Below, piece by piece: positions 8,935 through 17,846 of a stretch of 63,019 nucleotides of DNA (its first letter is position 1; each line of letters starts with the position of its first letter). The DNA is from a virus. Its lineage: Duplodnaviria; Caudoviricetes. The stretch is taken from positions 1 through 63,019 of the IMG/VR virus record IMGVR_UViG_3300012855_000002; one strand, 5' to 3'. The notes under the pieces were generated by a model, which worked only from the letters and a program-made list of their open reading frames with translations, was not told the origin of the DNA and did not search any database. The position numbers were made by a program, and so were the translations under genes.

Positions 8935-9170
8935 GCCGCAGCCCTCCCGGCCCGGATTTTGTCCGTGGCCTCGATCTGGGCTCTCAGGCATGTGAGAGCT
9001 TCGACAAGCGCGTCTATGGATGCTTTCGCGTCACCGCGTTCGCCGATGGCGACTTCGATCCGAAGGTGCTCTTCACTGACGCGGAGCTGGCCGTTGTCAT
9101 CCACGTAGACTGTCAGGTCATACGGGCCGTGGTCTTCATCGCGCTTGGCGTAGGAGGCGTGGAGATACAT
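8931..9170 (-). CDS. Hypothetical protein
   Basis: MYLHASYAKRDED...; SD upstream; coupled downstream. Confidence 0.5.
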   Translation of the reverse strand: MYLHASYAKRDEDHGPYDLTVYVDDNGQLRVSEEHLRIEVAIGERGDAKASIDALVEALTCLRAQIEATDKIRAGRAAA

Positions 9171-9171
9171 T

Positions 9172-9396
9172 TCAGTCTCCCTGTGCGAGGGCTTTGAGGA
9201 GGGCGTCTGCGAGCGCCACAGCGTTACCAGCGACGACCCGAGGGGAGCTGTAGGTCGGCGTAGATTCGCCACCTTGAGTGCAGAGCGCCGCCATGATCTG
9301 CCCAGCGAAGTATTCCCGCTTGGACATGCCGTGTGCGCCCGCATAGCTACCCATCGGGTCGCGAGGAAAAGCCGGTCCACCGTCTCGCTTAGACAT
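9172..9396 (-). CDS. Conserved small phage protein (GGPAFP family)
   Basis: DGGPAFP...GMSKREYFAGQ.M...A...ADALL motif. Confidence 0.75.
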   Translation of the reverse strand: MSKRDGGPAFPRDPMGSYAGAHGMSKREYFAGQIMAALCTQGGESTPTYSSPRVVAGNAVALADALLKALAQGD

Positions 9397-9742
9397 GGCT
9401 GGACTCCCCTCTGGCTTTGGAGAGATATGCCTTGGCCTCCGCCAGAAGCTCTTCCACATCATCGGTAGACAGGGGGCGCCCCAGGTGGAGGCCGGTCAGG
9501 AAATGCGCCGCTTTCTCGGCGAACGCATACCCGTCAGGAGAGGCGGCTATCAGGTGGGCGTTGGCGATGCCTTCAGCTTCATCCGGTCGCTTGGCCCACT
9601 TCGCTGTAGGCGTTATTCGGCACTCGGCAATGGGGTAACCCATGCCACGGCTTGTGTGGTCGTCAGCGTTACATGCGCCCCAGACCAGCGTCGTGCCTTG
9701 TTCAACGCGCCATTCGCCCGGTGTAAACAGTGTCTCAGTCAT
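9389..9742 (-). CDS. Conserved phage hypothetical protein
   Basis: TPGEW....ANAHLIAASP motif typical of small early phage proteins. Confidence 0.7.
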   Translation of the reverse strand: MTETLFTPGEWRVEQGTTLVWGACNADDHTSRGMGYPIAECRITPTAKWAKRPDEAEGIANAHLIAASPDGYAFAEKAAHFLTGLHLGRPLSTDDVEELLAEAKAYLSKARGESSHV

Positions 9743-10235
9743 TGGATTTCTCCTGTTGGGGTGGCACGTCTGCGACGTGCTGCGTGTCCTCCGGCGTTGC
9801 CGTGCGGGCCGCTTCGACCAATCGAACCGAGAGCGGATGAACACGAGCAATGCGCTCATGCCCATCGACCTGAAATGCCACGTAGTTGACGGGCTCGATC
9901 GCACTCAGCACGCGCCCGTGAAGCCCTTCCGCTTCGATCAGCGAGCCGGGGCGGGGTATCGTCGCGAACGGGTAGCGCTTGCGCAGATCGTCGTAGCCGT
10001 CGTCATTGCGATGCGGCGACAGGCGTGCCTGGCAAATCTTCAGAAAGTCCTTGAACGTCAGATGACCGAAGACGTCATTGCAGAAGGCCGACCACTTCGC
10101 GCCACCGCTCGACGTGGCCAGAAACGTAGCGGTCCCATAACCATCAACAGTCACGTCATATGGGCGGTACCGGCGAACGCGCCTGTCCGCAGCCACAGGC
10201 CCAGCCGAGGAGCGATCCGTAGGAGAGCCACCCAT
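9735..10235 (-). CDS. Hypothetical protein
   Basis: Continuous ORF in the early operon; start uncertain. Confidence 0.5.
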   Translation of the reverse strand: MGGSPTDRSSAGPVAADRRVRRYRPYDVTVDGYGTATFLATSSGGAKWSAFCNDVFGHLTFKDFLKICQARLSPHRNDDGYDDLRKRYPFATIPRPGSLIEAEGLHGRVLSAIEPVNYVAFQVDGHERIARVHPLSVRLVEAARTATPEDTQHVADVPPQQEKSND

Positions 10236-10322
10236 CACATCACCCCCGTAAAATCTGGAATGGACAGGACAGCAGCAGCGACACACAAGAGCGCCACGAC
10301 CGCGCAGATATCTGAGAGGAGA

Positions 10323-10523
10323 TCACGCATTGGTGGAGTCCTTCTTCGCCAGAGACCGGCGAACGGTGATTGCGAAAGAGAAGGGGACGGAGACCGGCCA
10401 GGCGATCGAAAGGAACGCCATACCGACGATGTCCCGGCGGTCCAGAACAGTGAGCCAGGCGAACATCGCCACGGCGCCCCAGACGTAGAGCCAGCCAATC
10501 GTGAGAGCGGTCCAGACGGCCAT
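10323..10523 (-). CDS. Small membrane protein
   Basis: 66 aa, two hydrophobic segments. Confidence 0.5.
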   Translation of the reverse strand: MAVWTALTIGWLYVWGAVAMFAWLTVLDRRDIVGMAFLSIAWPVSVPFSFAITVRRSLAKKDSTNA

Positions 10524-10525
10524 GG

Positions 10526-10918
10526 CTACGCGGCCTCCGCGTTAGAGACCCAGCCGCCGACCTTCGCGACGACACGGCGCGTGGCCTCACGCTCTGCCCA
10601 ATCGGCCAAAGCGGTCCGAACCTTCCCGGTCGCGATGTCCGAAATCAGCGGGCCGTCGATGAAGGGGAGAGTGCCGGCAATGGCGTCGATCTGGCGGGAC
10701 AGGCCTGCGATCTCATCGCGTGCCCGCATCATGTCCGCCTCGCGCTCCGCATAGGCCGCCTGGAACGCTTCGTTCAGCGCCTTGCGGTGGGTCCAGCGCC
10801 ATTCCTTCTCCCGGCGGCTGGCATCCTCGCGGTCGGCCCCTTCCATCGAGCGGACCGTCGCATTGTCGAACCGGTCGCTCTTCTTGAAAGCAGGGCTGAT
10901 CTGGTTGTCGTGCGGCAT
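10526..10918 (-). CDS. Hypothetical protein, first gene of the leftward early operon
   Basis: GGGAG SD; directly downstream of the operator-bearing leftward promoter. Confidence 0.65.
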   Translation of the reverse strand: MPHDNQISPAFKKSDRFDNATVRSMEGADREDASRREKEWRWTHRKALNEAFQAAYAEREADMMRARDEIAGLSRQIDAIAGTLPFIDGPLISDIATGKVRTALADWAEREATRRVVAKVGGWVSNAEAA

Positions 10919-10947
10919 GGGTAAGTCTCCCGGTTGTTAGGGAGAAA

Positions 10948-10997
10948 GTGCCAGATAGGCACAAAGTCGTCAATCAAAAAAAGTGCCAGTGTGGCAC
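10948..10997 (-). promoter_or_regulatory. Leftward early promoter (PL-like) with two repressor operators
   Basis: Operators GTGCCAGATAGGCAC (10948-10962) and GTGCCAGTGTGGCAC (10983-10997); minus strand reads TTGACG-N5-operator-TTTC, the same layout as the rightward promoter. Confidence 0.8.
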
Positions 10998-11011
10998 AAG
11001 ATGTGCTACAC

Positions 11012-11040
11012 AAATAAAAACGGCGCCACTTGGGGCGCCG
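11012..11040 (-). terminator. Intrinsic terminator of the cI transcript
   Basis: Minus strand CGGCGCC-CCAAGT-GGCGCCG followed by TTTTTATTT. Confidence 0.7.
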
Positions 11041-11076
11041 CTGATTCAGCTATGGAGGAATAGATGGCTGGAGATT

Positions 11077-11451
11077 CTAAGCCGGATGATGACGGGTGGT
11101 ACTCTGTCCGGGGGATGGGGATAGGGCCTCTGAAAGAAAGGTCCTCGCTGATTTACGAAGGGACTGTGCAAAACACCCGCCCCCAGGAAGATAGGAAACG
11201 ATCTCGCAAGACCCGTCCGCAAATACGCTAGCATTGAGCCTGGACGGTGTGATGGCGCTCGGAGCTGAGCCACCCTTAGCCTCCCGGCACTTCTCGTCTA
11301 CGCTTAACGCCGAAACGACTAGGTTGATGATCTCTGCGGATGGGATGCGGAGGACAATCTCTCCATCATCCGCTTCAAACCTAAAGAAGGCGAACTCTCC
11401 GTCCGGCGATGCTTTCACGGACCCTACTGAGTTTACAGCTGCCTCTGTCAT
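11077..11451 (-). CDS. Hypothetical protein co-transcribed with the repressor (probably lysogen-expressed)
   Basis: MTEAAVNSVG...; SD upstream; lies between cI and the terminator. Confidence 0.6.
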   Translation of the reverse strand: MTEAAVNSVGSVKASPDGEFAFFRFEADDGEIVLRIPSAEIINLVVSALSVDEKCREAKGGSAPSAITPSRLNASVFADGSCEIVSYLPGGGCFAQSLRKSARTFLSEALSPSPGQSTTRHHPA

Positions 11452-11467
11452 GCGTTTTCCTTCTTGG

Positions 11468-11839
11468 CTACCGCCGGCCACCGGAGAGATCGACGAGATC
11501 CGCGGCGCCTTCCTGGCTGTGAACGGTCCGGCGTTTGCTGAGCAGGTAGCGAAGGAAGTCTTCGGCCTCGGCGCGCTCGGATGGATTGAGTTGAGCCCAT
11601 AGCTCGTCGAAGCTATGCCGCTCCGCTGGATCATAGGCGAGAAGCTGCCAAGGCTGGACGCCGTAGAACTTCGCGAGCTTCCGAAGATGTGTTTCGTCGA
11701 ACTTCCGGCCTTTCGGATGGTCGAGACCTAGCTCGATCCTGTTCAGCGACGAGCGATCCACGTGCGAGGCTTCCGCGAGCTGCTCAAGCGTCAGCCCGGC
11801 AGCCTTTCTCCACGCCTTGATTGTCTCGTTCATCTGCAT
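11468..11839 (-). CDS. CI-like immunity repressor (XRE HTH, no peptidase domain)
   Basis: IKAWRKAAGLTLEQLAE...RSSLNRIELG HTH; divergent from a Cro-like gene across operators. Confidence 0.82.
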   Translation of the reverse strand: MQMNETIKAWRKAAGLTLEQLAEASHVDRSSLNRIELGLDHPKGRKFDETHLRKLAKFYGVQPWQLLAYDPAERHSFDELWAQLNPSERAEAEDFLRYLLSKRRTVHSQEGAADLVDLSGGRR

Positions 11840-11849
11840 GCAACGCAGG

Positions 11850-11930
11850 GTGCCAGACTGGCACGAACGGTCCCAGCGCCAAGTTGGCACAAACTGTCTT
11901 GACGAAATTGTGCCAGACTGGCACTTTCCC
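11850..11930. promoter_or_regulatory. OR-like genetic switch: three operators and the rightward promoter
   Basis: Perfect inverted repeat GTGCCAG-A-CTGGCAC at 11850-11864 and 11910-11924, variant GCGCCAAGTTGGCAC at 11876-11890; TTGACG -35 at 11899-11904. Confidence 0.85.
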
Positions 11931-11933
11931 GTC

Positions 11934-12176
11934 ATGACCGAGGAAAAGACATATCCGCGCTCTCTCGGCCTGGAGGAATTCCTGGCTGAGGTCGAAGCCC
12001 GCGACCTGAAGGACGCTGACATTTCGGCGCTCATTGGGTGCACCACGCAATTCGTCTCACGGATGAGGCGCTCCAAGCGCCGTCCAGGTCGCGACACGAT
12101 GGTGAAGATCGAAGAGGTTTTCGATGTTCCGGTCTCGCACTGGTTTGCGCCCGCTGCAGACCAGAAGGCCGCGTGA
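11934..12176 (+). CDS. Cro-like HTH regulator
   Basis: 80-aa HTH (DADISALIGCTTQFVSRMRR..R.PG); first rightward gene. Confidence 0.78.
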   Translation: MTEEKTYPRSLGLEEFLAEVEARDLKDADISALIGCTTQFVSRMRRSKRRPGRDTMVKIEEVFDVPVSHWFAPAADQKAA

Positions 12177-12177
12177 C

Positions 12178-12774
12178 ATGGGCTTTGTCTATTTCCTCAA
12201 GCCGGTTGGCTCCGATGGTCCGGTGAAGATCGGCCACGCACGATATCCTCACGAGCGCCTTGCCCAGTACATGAAGTGGTCCCCGGTTGAATTGGAGATC
12301 GCGGCGATCGCGCACGTTCCAGACTATCGACACGATGAGAGGTGCGAGGCGCAGTTTCACGGAAAATACCGCGACCAGCACACGCATCACGAATGGTTCG
12401 AGTGGTCTCCAGAGCTGCAGAAGGACATCGACGCCATCAACAGCGGCGAATTTGTTTTCGCCGATCTGCCAGACCCGCGGCCATTGCGGACCGGTCGCAA
12501 GCTTCCGCCGCGCACCGAAATTGCCAAGGTTTCCTGCGGGCTCTGGCAGCGTGCGACACGCGTCATTCAAAGCCATGGCGAACCCCCGTCGCATGTGCGC
12601 AGCGCAATGCACAGGATGCGGTACTGCCGATACCGGGATTATGAGGACCGCCTGCGCGCTTGCGAGGTCGTTTGGCGCTGGCTTGAGCTGCGCCACCCTC
12701 GACCCAAGTCCAACAGCACCGTTTTGATCCGAAAGCTTCTGCTTGAGCGCGATGGCGCTGGGATGGTGGCCTAG
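12178..12774 (+). CDS. GIY-YIG (T5orf172/MUG113-like) domain protein
   Basis: GFVYF....GPVKIG....P.ERL...E..FH.....HEWF motif. Confidence 0.75.
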   Translation: MGFVYFLKPVGSDGPVKIGHARYPHERLAQYMKWSPVELEIAAIAHVPDYRHDERCEAQFHGKYRDQHTHHEWFEWSPELQKDIDAINSGEFVFADLPDPRPLRTGRKLPPRTEIAKVSCGLWQRATRVIQSHGEPPSHVRSAMHRMRYCRYRDYEDRLRACEVVWRWLELRHPRPKSNSTVLIRKLLLERDGAGMVA

Positions 12775-13067
12775 TGCTGCCCGCCATCATCATCCAGGCC
12801 CATGGCCCGAGCGATTTCCTGCAGGCGAGGGGAGATGCCTCCTTCTCGCTGGACGCGGAAAAGCTCAAGGATGATGTCCTTGTCGAGGTTGCCCCACCAG
12901 AAATTGACGCCGTTGCGGCTGGTATCGATGCGGAAGCGGGGTTCCTGACCTGGCTCCTTATCGAAGATGACGCGGACTTCGCTGATGCGGATGCCCAGAT
13001 TGGACCGGCTTTTCTCGCGGTCCCATTTGACGTCCGTGGGTTCGGCCGTCGCGATGAGTTCAAACAA
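12771..13067 (-). CDS. Hypothetical protein (antisense to the early-right operon)
   Basis: 98 aa, protein-like composition; GGGAG SD upstream. Confidence 0.5.
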   Translation of the reverse strand: MFELIATAEPTDVKWDREKSRSNLGIRISEVRVIFDKEPGQEPRFRIDTSRNGVNFWWGNLDKDIILELFRVQREGGISPRLQEIARAMGLDDDGGQH

Positions 13068-13242
13068 TTCGGTACTCCCTTGCCCGGAGGCGAGGGGGAT
13101 GAACTGTCATCGCGGGTGACACAACCAACCGCAGGTTCGGCTGCGACAATCCGCGCCGCCTTTAAGTCGAAATTGCATAAAATAATCAGCAATTTGAGCG
13201 GCGTTAGGGTTAAGGAAGCATTCCCGGCGCGTCGAACTGCCT

Positions 13243-13446
13243 GTGTTCGTGCCGGCAATCCGTGCACTGGTGGATGCGCTCGACAGCTCGGAAATGTTGA
13301 AGGCGCGGTATGGGATCGGCGCGCAGGAAACGCAGCCGCCCAATCCCGCACGCGGGGCATCCAGGCCGCTTGTCCAGCGACCGGAAGAACGCGCGCCATA
13401 TCCCCTCGACACACTTCATCCGCGAATGAAGAGCCTGCAAATTTGA
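13243..13446 (+). CDS. Hypothetical protein
   Basis: 67-aa ORF; weak support. Confidence 0.3.
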   Translation: MFVPAIRALVDALDSSEMLKARYGIGAQETQPPNPARGASRPLVQRPEERAPYPLDTLHPRMKSLQI

Positions 13447-13985
13447 ATGGCGCTGTGATCTGGATCACACTCATCGCGATTTCCCGAAATATTCGAATTC
13501 GTGCCGGCCTGACCATCGGCACGACGGCCTGCTCGGTCTCCCCTGCCCCAAAACCCGAGCAGGCCACCCCTTTTCGCTCCGGTGATCCCTCCGAGGCGAA
13601 ACGGGTCCGTCAGGGCTGGGGACATAGACCCTGGCGGGCCCAACAAGACTGCCGCGAAGTCTCCTCTGCGGCACGCGCCGGGGCATGCCCCTACACCATG
13701 TCCCGGCGCACATCATTTTGCGGCCCTTCCGCTAGGCAAGCGCGCCAGATTGGCGAGCGCCAGATCGGATTGCGCGATCTGGAACAGGCGTTCCGGGTCG
13801 CTCGGCGGCAAGGCGTTCGCCCGTCGATGCGCGGCCACCGCGATACGGTTCAGCCGTGTCGCCATGTCGCCGCCGCGCGCGTGTCGGTCTGCACACTTCA
13901 TCGAATTCGCCCCGTAGCTGTGCCCGTGAATAGCGATATTCCGGCGCGGCGCGTGGGTCAGCTTTAATCGGAGGCCCATCGCTAA

Positions 13986-14411
13986 ATGAGCACCCCGTTT
14001 CACAAGGCTCAGGGCTTCAGGCTCATCAAGGCAAATGGCGGACTGGCGCCGTGTGCGGCCCTGACCGGTCTCACCGAGGCATGCATCTCCGGTTATCAGA
14101 ACGAGAATGTCCGCGGCTCCATGCCGGCCCACGTCATGGAAGTCCTCGAGCGCGAGATCAATTCGCCGCTTTATTCGTCGGCGCTCGTCAATCTGGTGAC
14201 GCCGGTTCCTTCCAAGGGCCTTCTTGAGGACTCCATGGGGGCCGCGAAGGTGGCCGGGGCTTTGCCCAAGCAGATCCATGATGCTCTGGCAGACGGCCGT
14301 ATTGATGAGCTTGAGCGCCGGGTTCTTTCCGCTGCCGCGGACGAGCTTCGCGCCACCGCCGACGCCATCCAGGCCTCTCTTTCCGATCCAGCAATGCAGA
14401 GGGCTTCGTGA
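13986..14411 (+). CDS. Phage regulatory protein (CII-like position)
   Basis: GGAGG SD; N-terminal HTH-like segment and ALADGRID..E motif seen in CII-type proteins. Confidence 0.6.
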   Translation: MSTPFHKAQGFRLIKANGGLAPCAALTGLTEACISGYQNENVRGSMPAHVMEVLEREINSPLYSSALVNLVTPVPSKGLLEDSMGAAKVAGALPKQIHDALADGRIDELERRVLSAAADELRATADAIQASLSDPAMQRAS

Positions 14412-14629
14412 TGGCCGACGCGCAGCAAATCCCTTGCTCGCAGTCAATTGTGTCCGTCGTTCCCCGATGCGGCCCGAGGGGCGGAAACCGGCGCGCCGTA
14501 GTGATGCTTGCCCTGACAGATGGGTCCGGGTCGTGGGCAACCGTCGAGATGTCCCCAGACGACGCGATGAGCATGGGTGAACTGCTCTTCGAAATGGCAA
14601 CTGCAGCCGCAGTGGAAGGCGCCGGCTAG
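14408..14629 (+). CDS. Hypothetical protein
   Basis: Start overlaps the upstream stop. Confidence 0.5.
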   Translation: MMADAQQIPCSQSIVSVVPRCGPRGGNRRAVVMLALTDGSGSWATVEMSPDDAMSMGELLFEMATAAAVEGAG

Positions 14630-14693
14630 CCCGGCCCCGGGCCGTTGCGGCGCCGGCCCATGATCCGCGCCGTCAGAACAGGAGAAAGCGACC

Positions 14694-15056
14694 GTGAGCA
14701 AGTACGGCGCGCAGCGCACAGAGATCGACGGCATCACCTTCGACAGCAAGGCTGAAGCGAAGCGATATGCGGACCTGCGCCTGCTCGAACGCGGCGGCCA
14801 AATCTCTGACCTGAAGATGCAGCCGGAATTCCCGTTCCGACTGAACGGCGGGCTCATCTTCACCTACCGCGCCGATTTCTCCTACCGGCAGGGCGTCTGC
14901 CTCGTGATCGAGGACGTGAAAGGTTTCGACACCCCGGTCTCCAAGCTGAAGCGCAAGATCATCGAGGCGGATAGCGGCCTGACGATCCGCTGCGTCGATG
15001 CCCACGGGAATTCGATCAAGCCGAGATCGACCCGGAAGCGGAGGGCGCGCAAATGA
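14694..15056 (+). CDS. DUF1064-family PD-(D/E)XK endonuclease
   Basis: SKYGA....DGITFDSKAEA.RY, YRADF.Y, IEDVKG. Confidence 0.85.
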   Translation: MSKYGAQRTEIDGITFDSKAEAKRYADLRLLERGGQISDLKMQPEFPFRLNGGLIFTYRADFSYRQGVCLVIEDVKGFDTPVSKLKRKIIEADSGLTIRCVDAHGNSIKPRSTRKRRARK

Positions 15057-15223
15057 CCCTTCGTCTCACACACCCCACCGCTCTGGAGCCCGGGCGCGCA
15101 GCAGCAAAGGCCCGCTATCGCGTTGCGACCGGCGGTCAGAAGCGAAAGGCATGGGCCGCGCTCCGCGACGAAACGACGGAAGCCCTTCGGCGCCAGGTCC
15201 AGAAGAGGGGTGCGCTGCTATGA
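15053..15223 (+). CDS. Small hypothetical protein (56 aa, not in ORF track)
   Basis: ATGA overlaps at both ends; MTLRLTHPTALEPG... Confidence 0.45.
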   Translation: MTLRLTHPTALEPGRAAAKARYRVATGGQKRKAWAALRDETTEALRRQVQKRGALL

Positions 15224-15867
15224 ACCCGACAGCAGACGATATCTGGCGCGCTATCGTCGCGGCGGCAGAGGTGACAGGGGCCGATCCCAAGCACGTCTTC
15301 AGCGGCCAGTTCAGCGGGATCTACGCTGGAAAGGTCGGCAAGGCACGGGCAGCGGTATTCTTCTGCCTCGCCGGCTTCCGTGATCTGGAAGCCGAAGCCT
15401 GGGCCGTCCGGTTTGGCTGGAACCAGAACGAGCGCGCTGCTTTGGCCGTGGTCGGCCGTCACCGCAACAATGGCATCCTGCACGGCCGTGAGACCCACGC
15501 CGCGGCCGAAGCCCTCGGGATCGATCCCAACGCGCCATACGAGCACGACAACGCTCTGTGGAACGCGAAGAAGAGCGCTGCCGCGGAGCGCCGCAAGGCT
15601 GCACGAGAAGCGCGAGACCAGAAGTCCAAGGATCGGATCACGGCTGCACAGAAGCGTTGCGAAGAGACCGCCAAGGCCGCTCGCAAAGAGCTGGCGAAAT
15701 CCCCCGCTGCGCAGCCGGTCGCCAAGACGCCCCGCATCGTCGGAACCCGGAGCGCGAACCGGACGAAGCCGGAGCCGCCGGCACCGAAACCGATCGCACC
15801 CCCGACCTCCGAGGCAGAAGCCATTGACCGGTTGTTCCGGTCGATCCCGGAAAAGAGGAGCTTCTGA
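15220..15867 (+). CDS. Hypothetical protein
   Basis: MNPTADDIW...; SD GAGGGG; coupled to the next gene. Confidence 0.6.
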   Translation: MNPTADDIWRAIVAAAEVTGADPKHVFSGQFSGIYAGKVGKARAAVFFCLAGFRDLEAEAWAVRFGWNQNERAALAVVGRHRNNGILHGRETHAAAEALGIDPNAPYEHDNALWNAKKSAAAERRKAAREARDQKSKDRITAAQKRCEETAKAARKELAKSPAAQPVAKTPRIVGTRSANRTKPEPPAPKPIAPPTSEAEAIDRLFRSIPEKRSF

Positions 15868-16376
15868 TGGGGATGGAGCCCGCCGTTCAGCGCGACCGTC
15901 TGACGAAGATGAAACTCGCCGAGCTGATGCTCGAACAAGAGGGGCGCTGCGGCTGCTACAAGCTGCCGGAGCTGGGCGGTGTCTATGCCGACTATCCGGT
16001 CTGTGGCCGGAAGCTGGATGTCCGTGAGGGCATCACGGATGAGCATTGCATCCCGCTCAGTTGCGGCGGAACGAACGACATGTCGAACCGGGCCCTTCTG
16101 CGGACCCCGTGCGCGCGCTTCAAGACCGCCGAATACGACGCCTGGCTCATCAAGCATGTCCGTCACATGGGCGGCGGCAAGGGTGGCCAGCAGGCCCGGC
16201 GCCAACGGCGAAAGGAGCTGACCGGATCCGCTTCCTCGATCCCGTCCCGGCCGCCGGTGCCGACAAAAGACGGCGCCAAGATACAGGGCGGCCGACGCAT
16301 GCAGTCAGCGAACCGCTGGCCCGCAAAGGGCACCCAGAAAATCCCGCCGCGCGCGAACCCGTGGGGGCGCTCGTGA
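15867..16376 (+). CDS. HNH-type endonuclease-like protein
   Basis: QEGRC..C..CG, DEHCIPLS.GG.N..SN.....C...KT. Confidence 0.65.
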   Translation: MGMEPAVQRDRLTKMKLAELMLEQEGRCGCYKLPELGGVYADYPVCGRKLDVREGITDEHCIPLSCGGTNDMSNRALLRTPCARFKTAEYDAWLIKHVRHMGGGKGGQQARRQRRKELTGSASSIPSRPPVPTKDGAKIQGGRRMQSANRWPAKGTQKIPPRANPWGRS

Positions 16377-16504
16377 AACCTGCTCGCCCCTTCTTTCCCA
16401 ATATCCACCCCTGCCACGTCAAGGGCTGCACCCGATACGCCCCGTTCGGCTATCCGGGCGGTGTCTGGGCCTGTCGGCAGCACAAGCTGGAGGACAAGCG
16501 CTGA
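16373..16504 (+). CDS. Small Cys/His zinc-binding peptide
   Basis: GTG start overlapping the upstream stop; HPCHVKGC..APFG....WACRQH. Confidence 0.45.
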   Translation: MKPARPFFPNIHPCHVKGCTRYAPFGYPGGVWACRQHKLEDKR

Positions 16505-17295
16505 TGGCCCGTCTCGACATGTCTCACCGTCGCTTCTCGCCTCACACCCCGGACCCGTCCAAAGTCTCAGGGCTCAAGGACGATCACCCGGCCGTCGTGG
16601 AGGGCCGTCCGCTCTTCCCGACGACTCCGGTCGAGGAAAGCCCGCGCCTGCTCGTCAGCGGGCACAACAACAGGAAGATCGGCAAGGAAGCCCTCAAGGG
16701 GCGCTGGAAGGGGATGCCCATCTACACGCTGACCCTGGCCGAGCGGTCGACCTGTCCGCGTTCTTGCGAGCACTGGAGTGCCTGTTACGGCAACAGCATG
16801 CACCTGGCCCGCCGGCACGAGGCCGGGCCGATCCTCGAGGATGTCCTTGTCGTCGAGGTGATGCAGCACGCCAACCGGCACCCGGACGGCTTCGTGGTTC
16901 GCCTCCATGTCCTGGGCGACTTCTACAGCGTCGAATACGTCGAACTCTGGCGCCGGCTCCTTCGCCAATACCCGGCCCTGCATGTCTGGGGCTTCACCGC
17001 GTATCTGCCCGATGCCGACGATCCCGAAGAGCGCGCGATCGGCGAGGCATTGGCACTGACCCGGTTCCAGTTCCCGGACCGGTTCGCCATGCGCTTCAGC
17101 GGCGAGGAGACACGCGTCGTCGAGGACAAGGGGTTCAAGGAGCCTGGTGTCTTGGTCTGCCCGGCCGAGCTTTCGGAGAAGGCCAGCTGCGGCTCCTGCG
17201 GCTTCTGCTGGGAGCGTGACGAAGAAATCGCCTTCATCCTTCACGGCATGGTGCGCACTGGTCGCCGGGGTCGTTCCCGGAAGGAGGCCGCATGA
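16504..17295 (+). CDS. GP88-family Cys-rich protein (radical-SAM-like)
   Basis: N.KIG, TCP.SC.....CY, RLHVLGDFYS.EY, C-terminal CP......SC..C..C and IAF..HG. Confidence 0.7.
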   Translation: MARLDMSHRRFSPHTPDPSKVSGLKDDHPAVVEGRPLFPTTPVEESPRLLVSGHNNRKIGKEALKGRWKGMPIYTLTLAERSTCPRSCEHWSACYGNSMHLARRHEAGPILEDVLVVEVMQHANRHPDGFVVRLHVLGDFYSVEYVELWRRLLRQYPALHVWGFTAYLPDADDPEERAIGEALALTRFQFPDRFAMRFSGEETRVVEDKGFKEPGVLVCPAELSEKASCGSCGFCWERDEEIAFILHGMVRTGRRGRSRKEAA

Positions 17296-17846
17296 GCGAC
17301 ACTGATCTTTTCGGCGGACAGGCGGTGAAGCGGCAAGGCACTGGCGGCCACCAGTCGGCACGCATGGAGTCCGATGTCTGGTTGACGCCGCCGTTCATTC
17401 TCCACGCGCTAGGCGCGTTCGACCTCGACCCGTGCGCGCCTGCGGACCGCCCTTGGGATATGGCGGCCCGGCATTTCACGAGAAAGGACAACGGACTCGT
17501 TCAGCCATGGTGCGGCCGGGTGTGGTGCAATCCGCCGTATGGCCGCGAAGTAGACCGCTGGCTGCGGCGCCTTCGCCAGCACGGAGACGGTATCGCGCTG
17601 ATCTTCGCGCGCACCGAAACCGAGTATTTCTTTGACGAAATCTGGCCGCATGCGGACGCCCTCCTCTTCATCGAGGGGCGCTTGCATTTCCACAAGCCGG
17701 ACGGTCGCAGAGCGAAAACTAATGCCGGCGCACCAAGTGTCTTGATCGCCTATGGCCCGCGCAATTGCGATGCGCTTCGCGCGGCTTCTGAAGGCGCTAT
17801 TCGCGGACAGTACATCGATCTCCGGCTGCTGCGGAGGGCCGCATGA
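17292..17846 (+). CDS. Phage DNA N6-adenine methyltransferase (phage Dam family)
   Basis: W.TP, FDLDPCA, DNGL...W.GRVWCNPPYG, LIFARTET, GRL.F. Confidence 0.88.
   Translation: MSDTDLFGGQAVKRQGTGGHQSARMESDVWLTPPFILHALGAFDLDPCAPADRPWDMAARHFTRKDNGLVQPWCGRVWCNPPYGREVDRWLRRLRQHGDGIALIFARTETEYFFDEIWPHADALLFIEGRLHFHKPDGRRAKTNAGAPSVLIAYGPRNCDALRAASEGAIRGQYIDLRLLRRAA

Noticed and set aside
12774-13967. 397-aa plus-strand ORF
   Set aside because: No SD or recognisable motif, low-information Arg/Ala/Pro composition, overlaps better small ORFs; the real content of 13450-13980 remains unresolved
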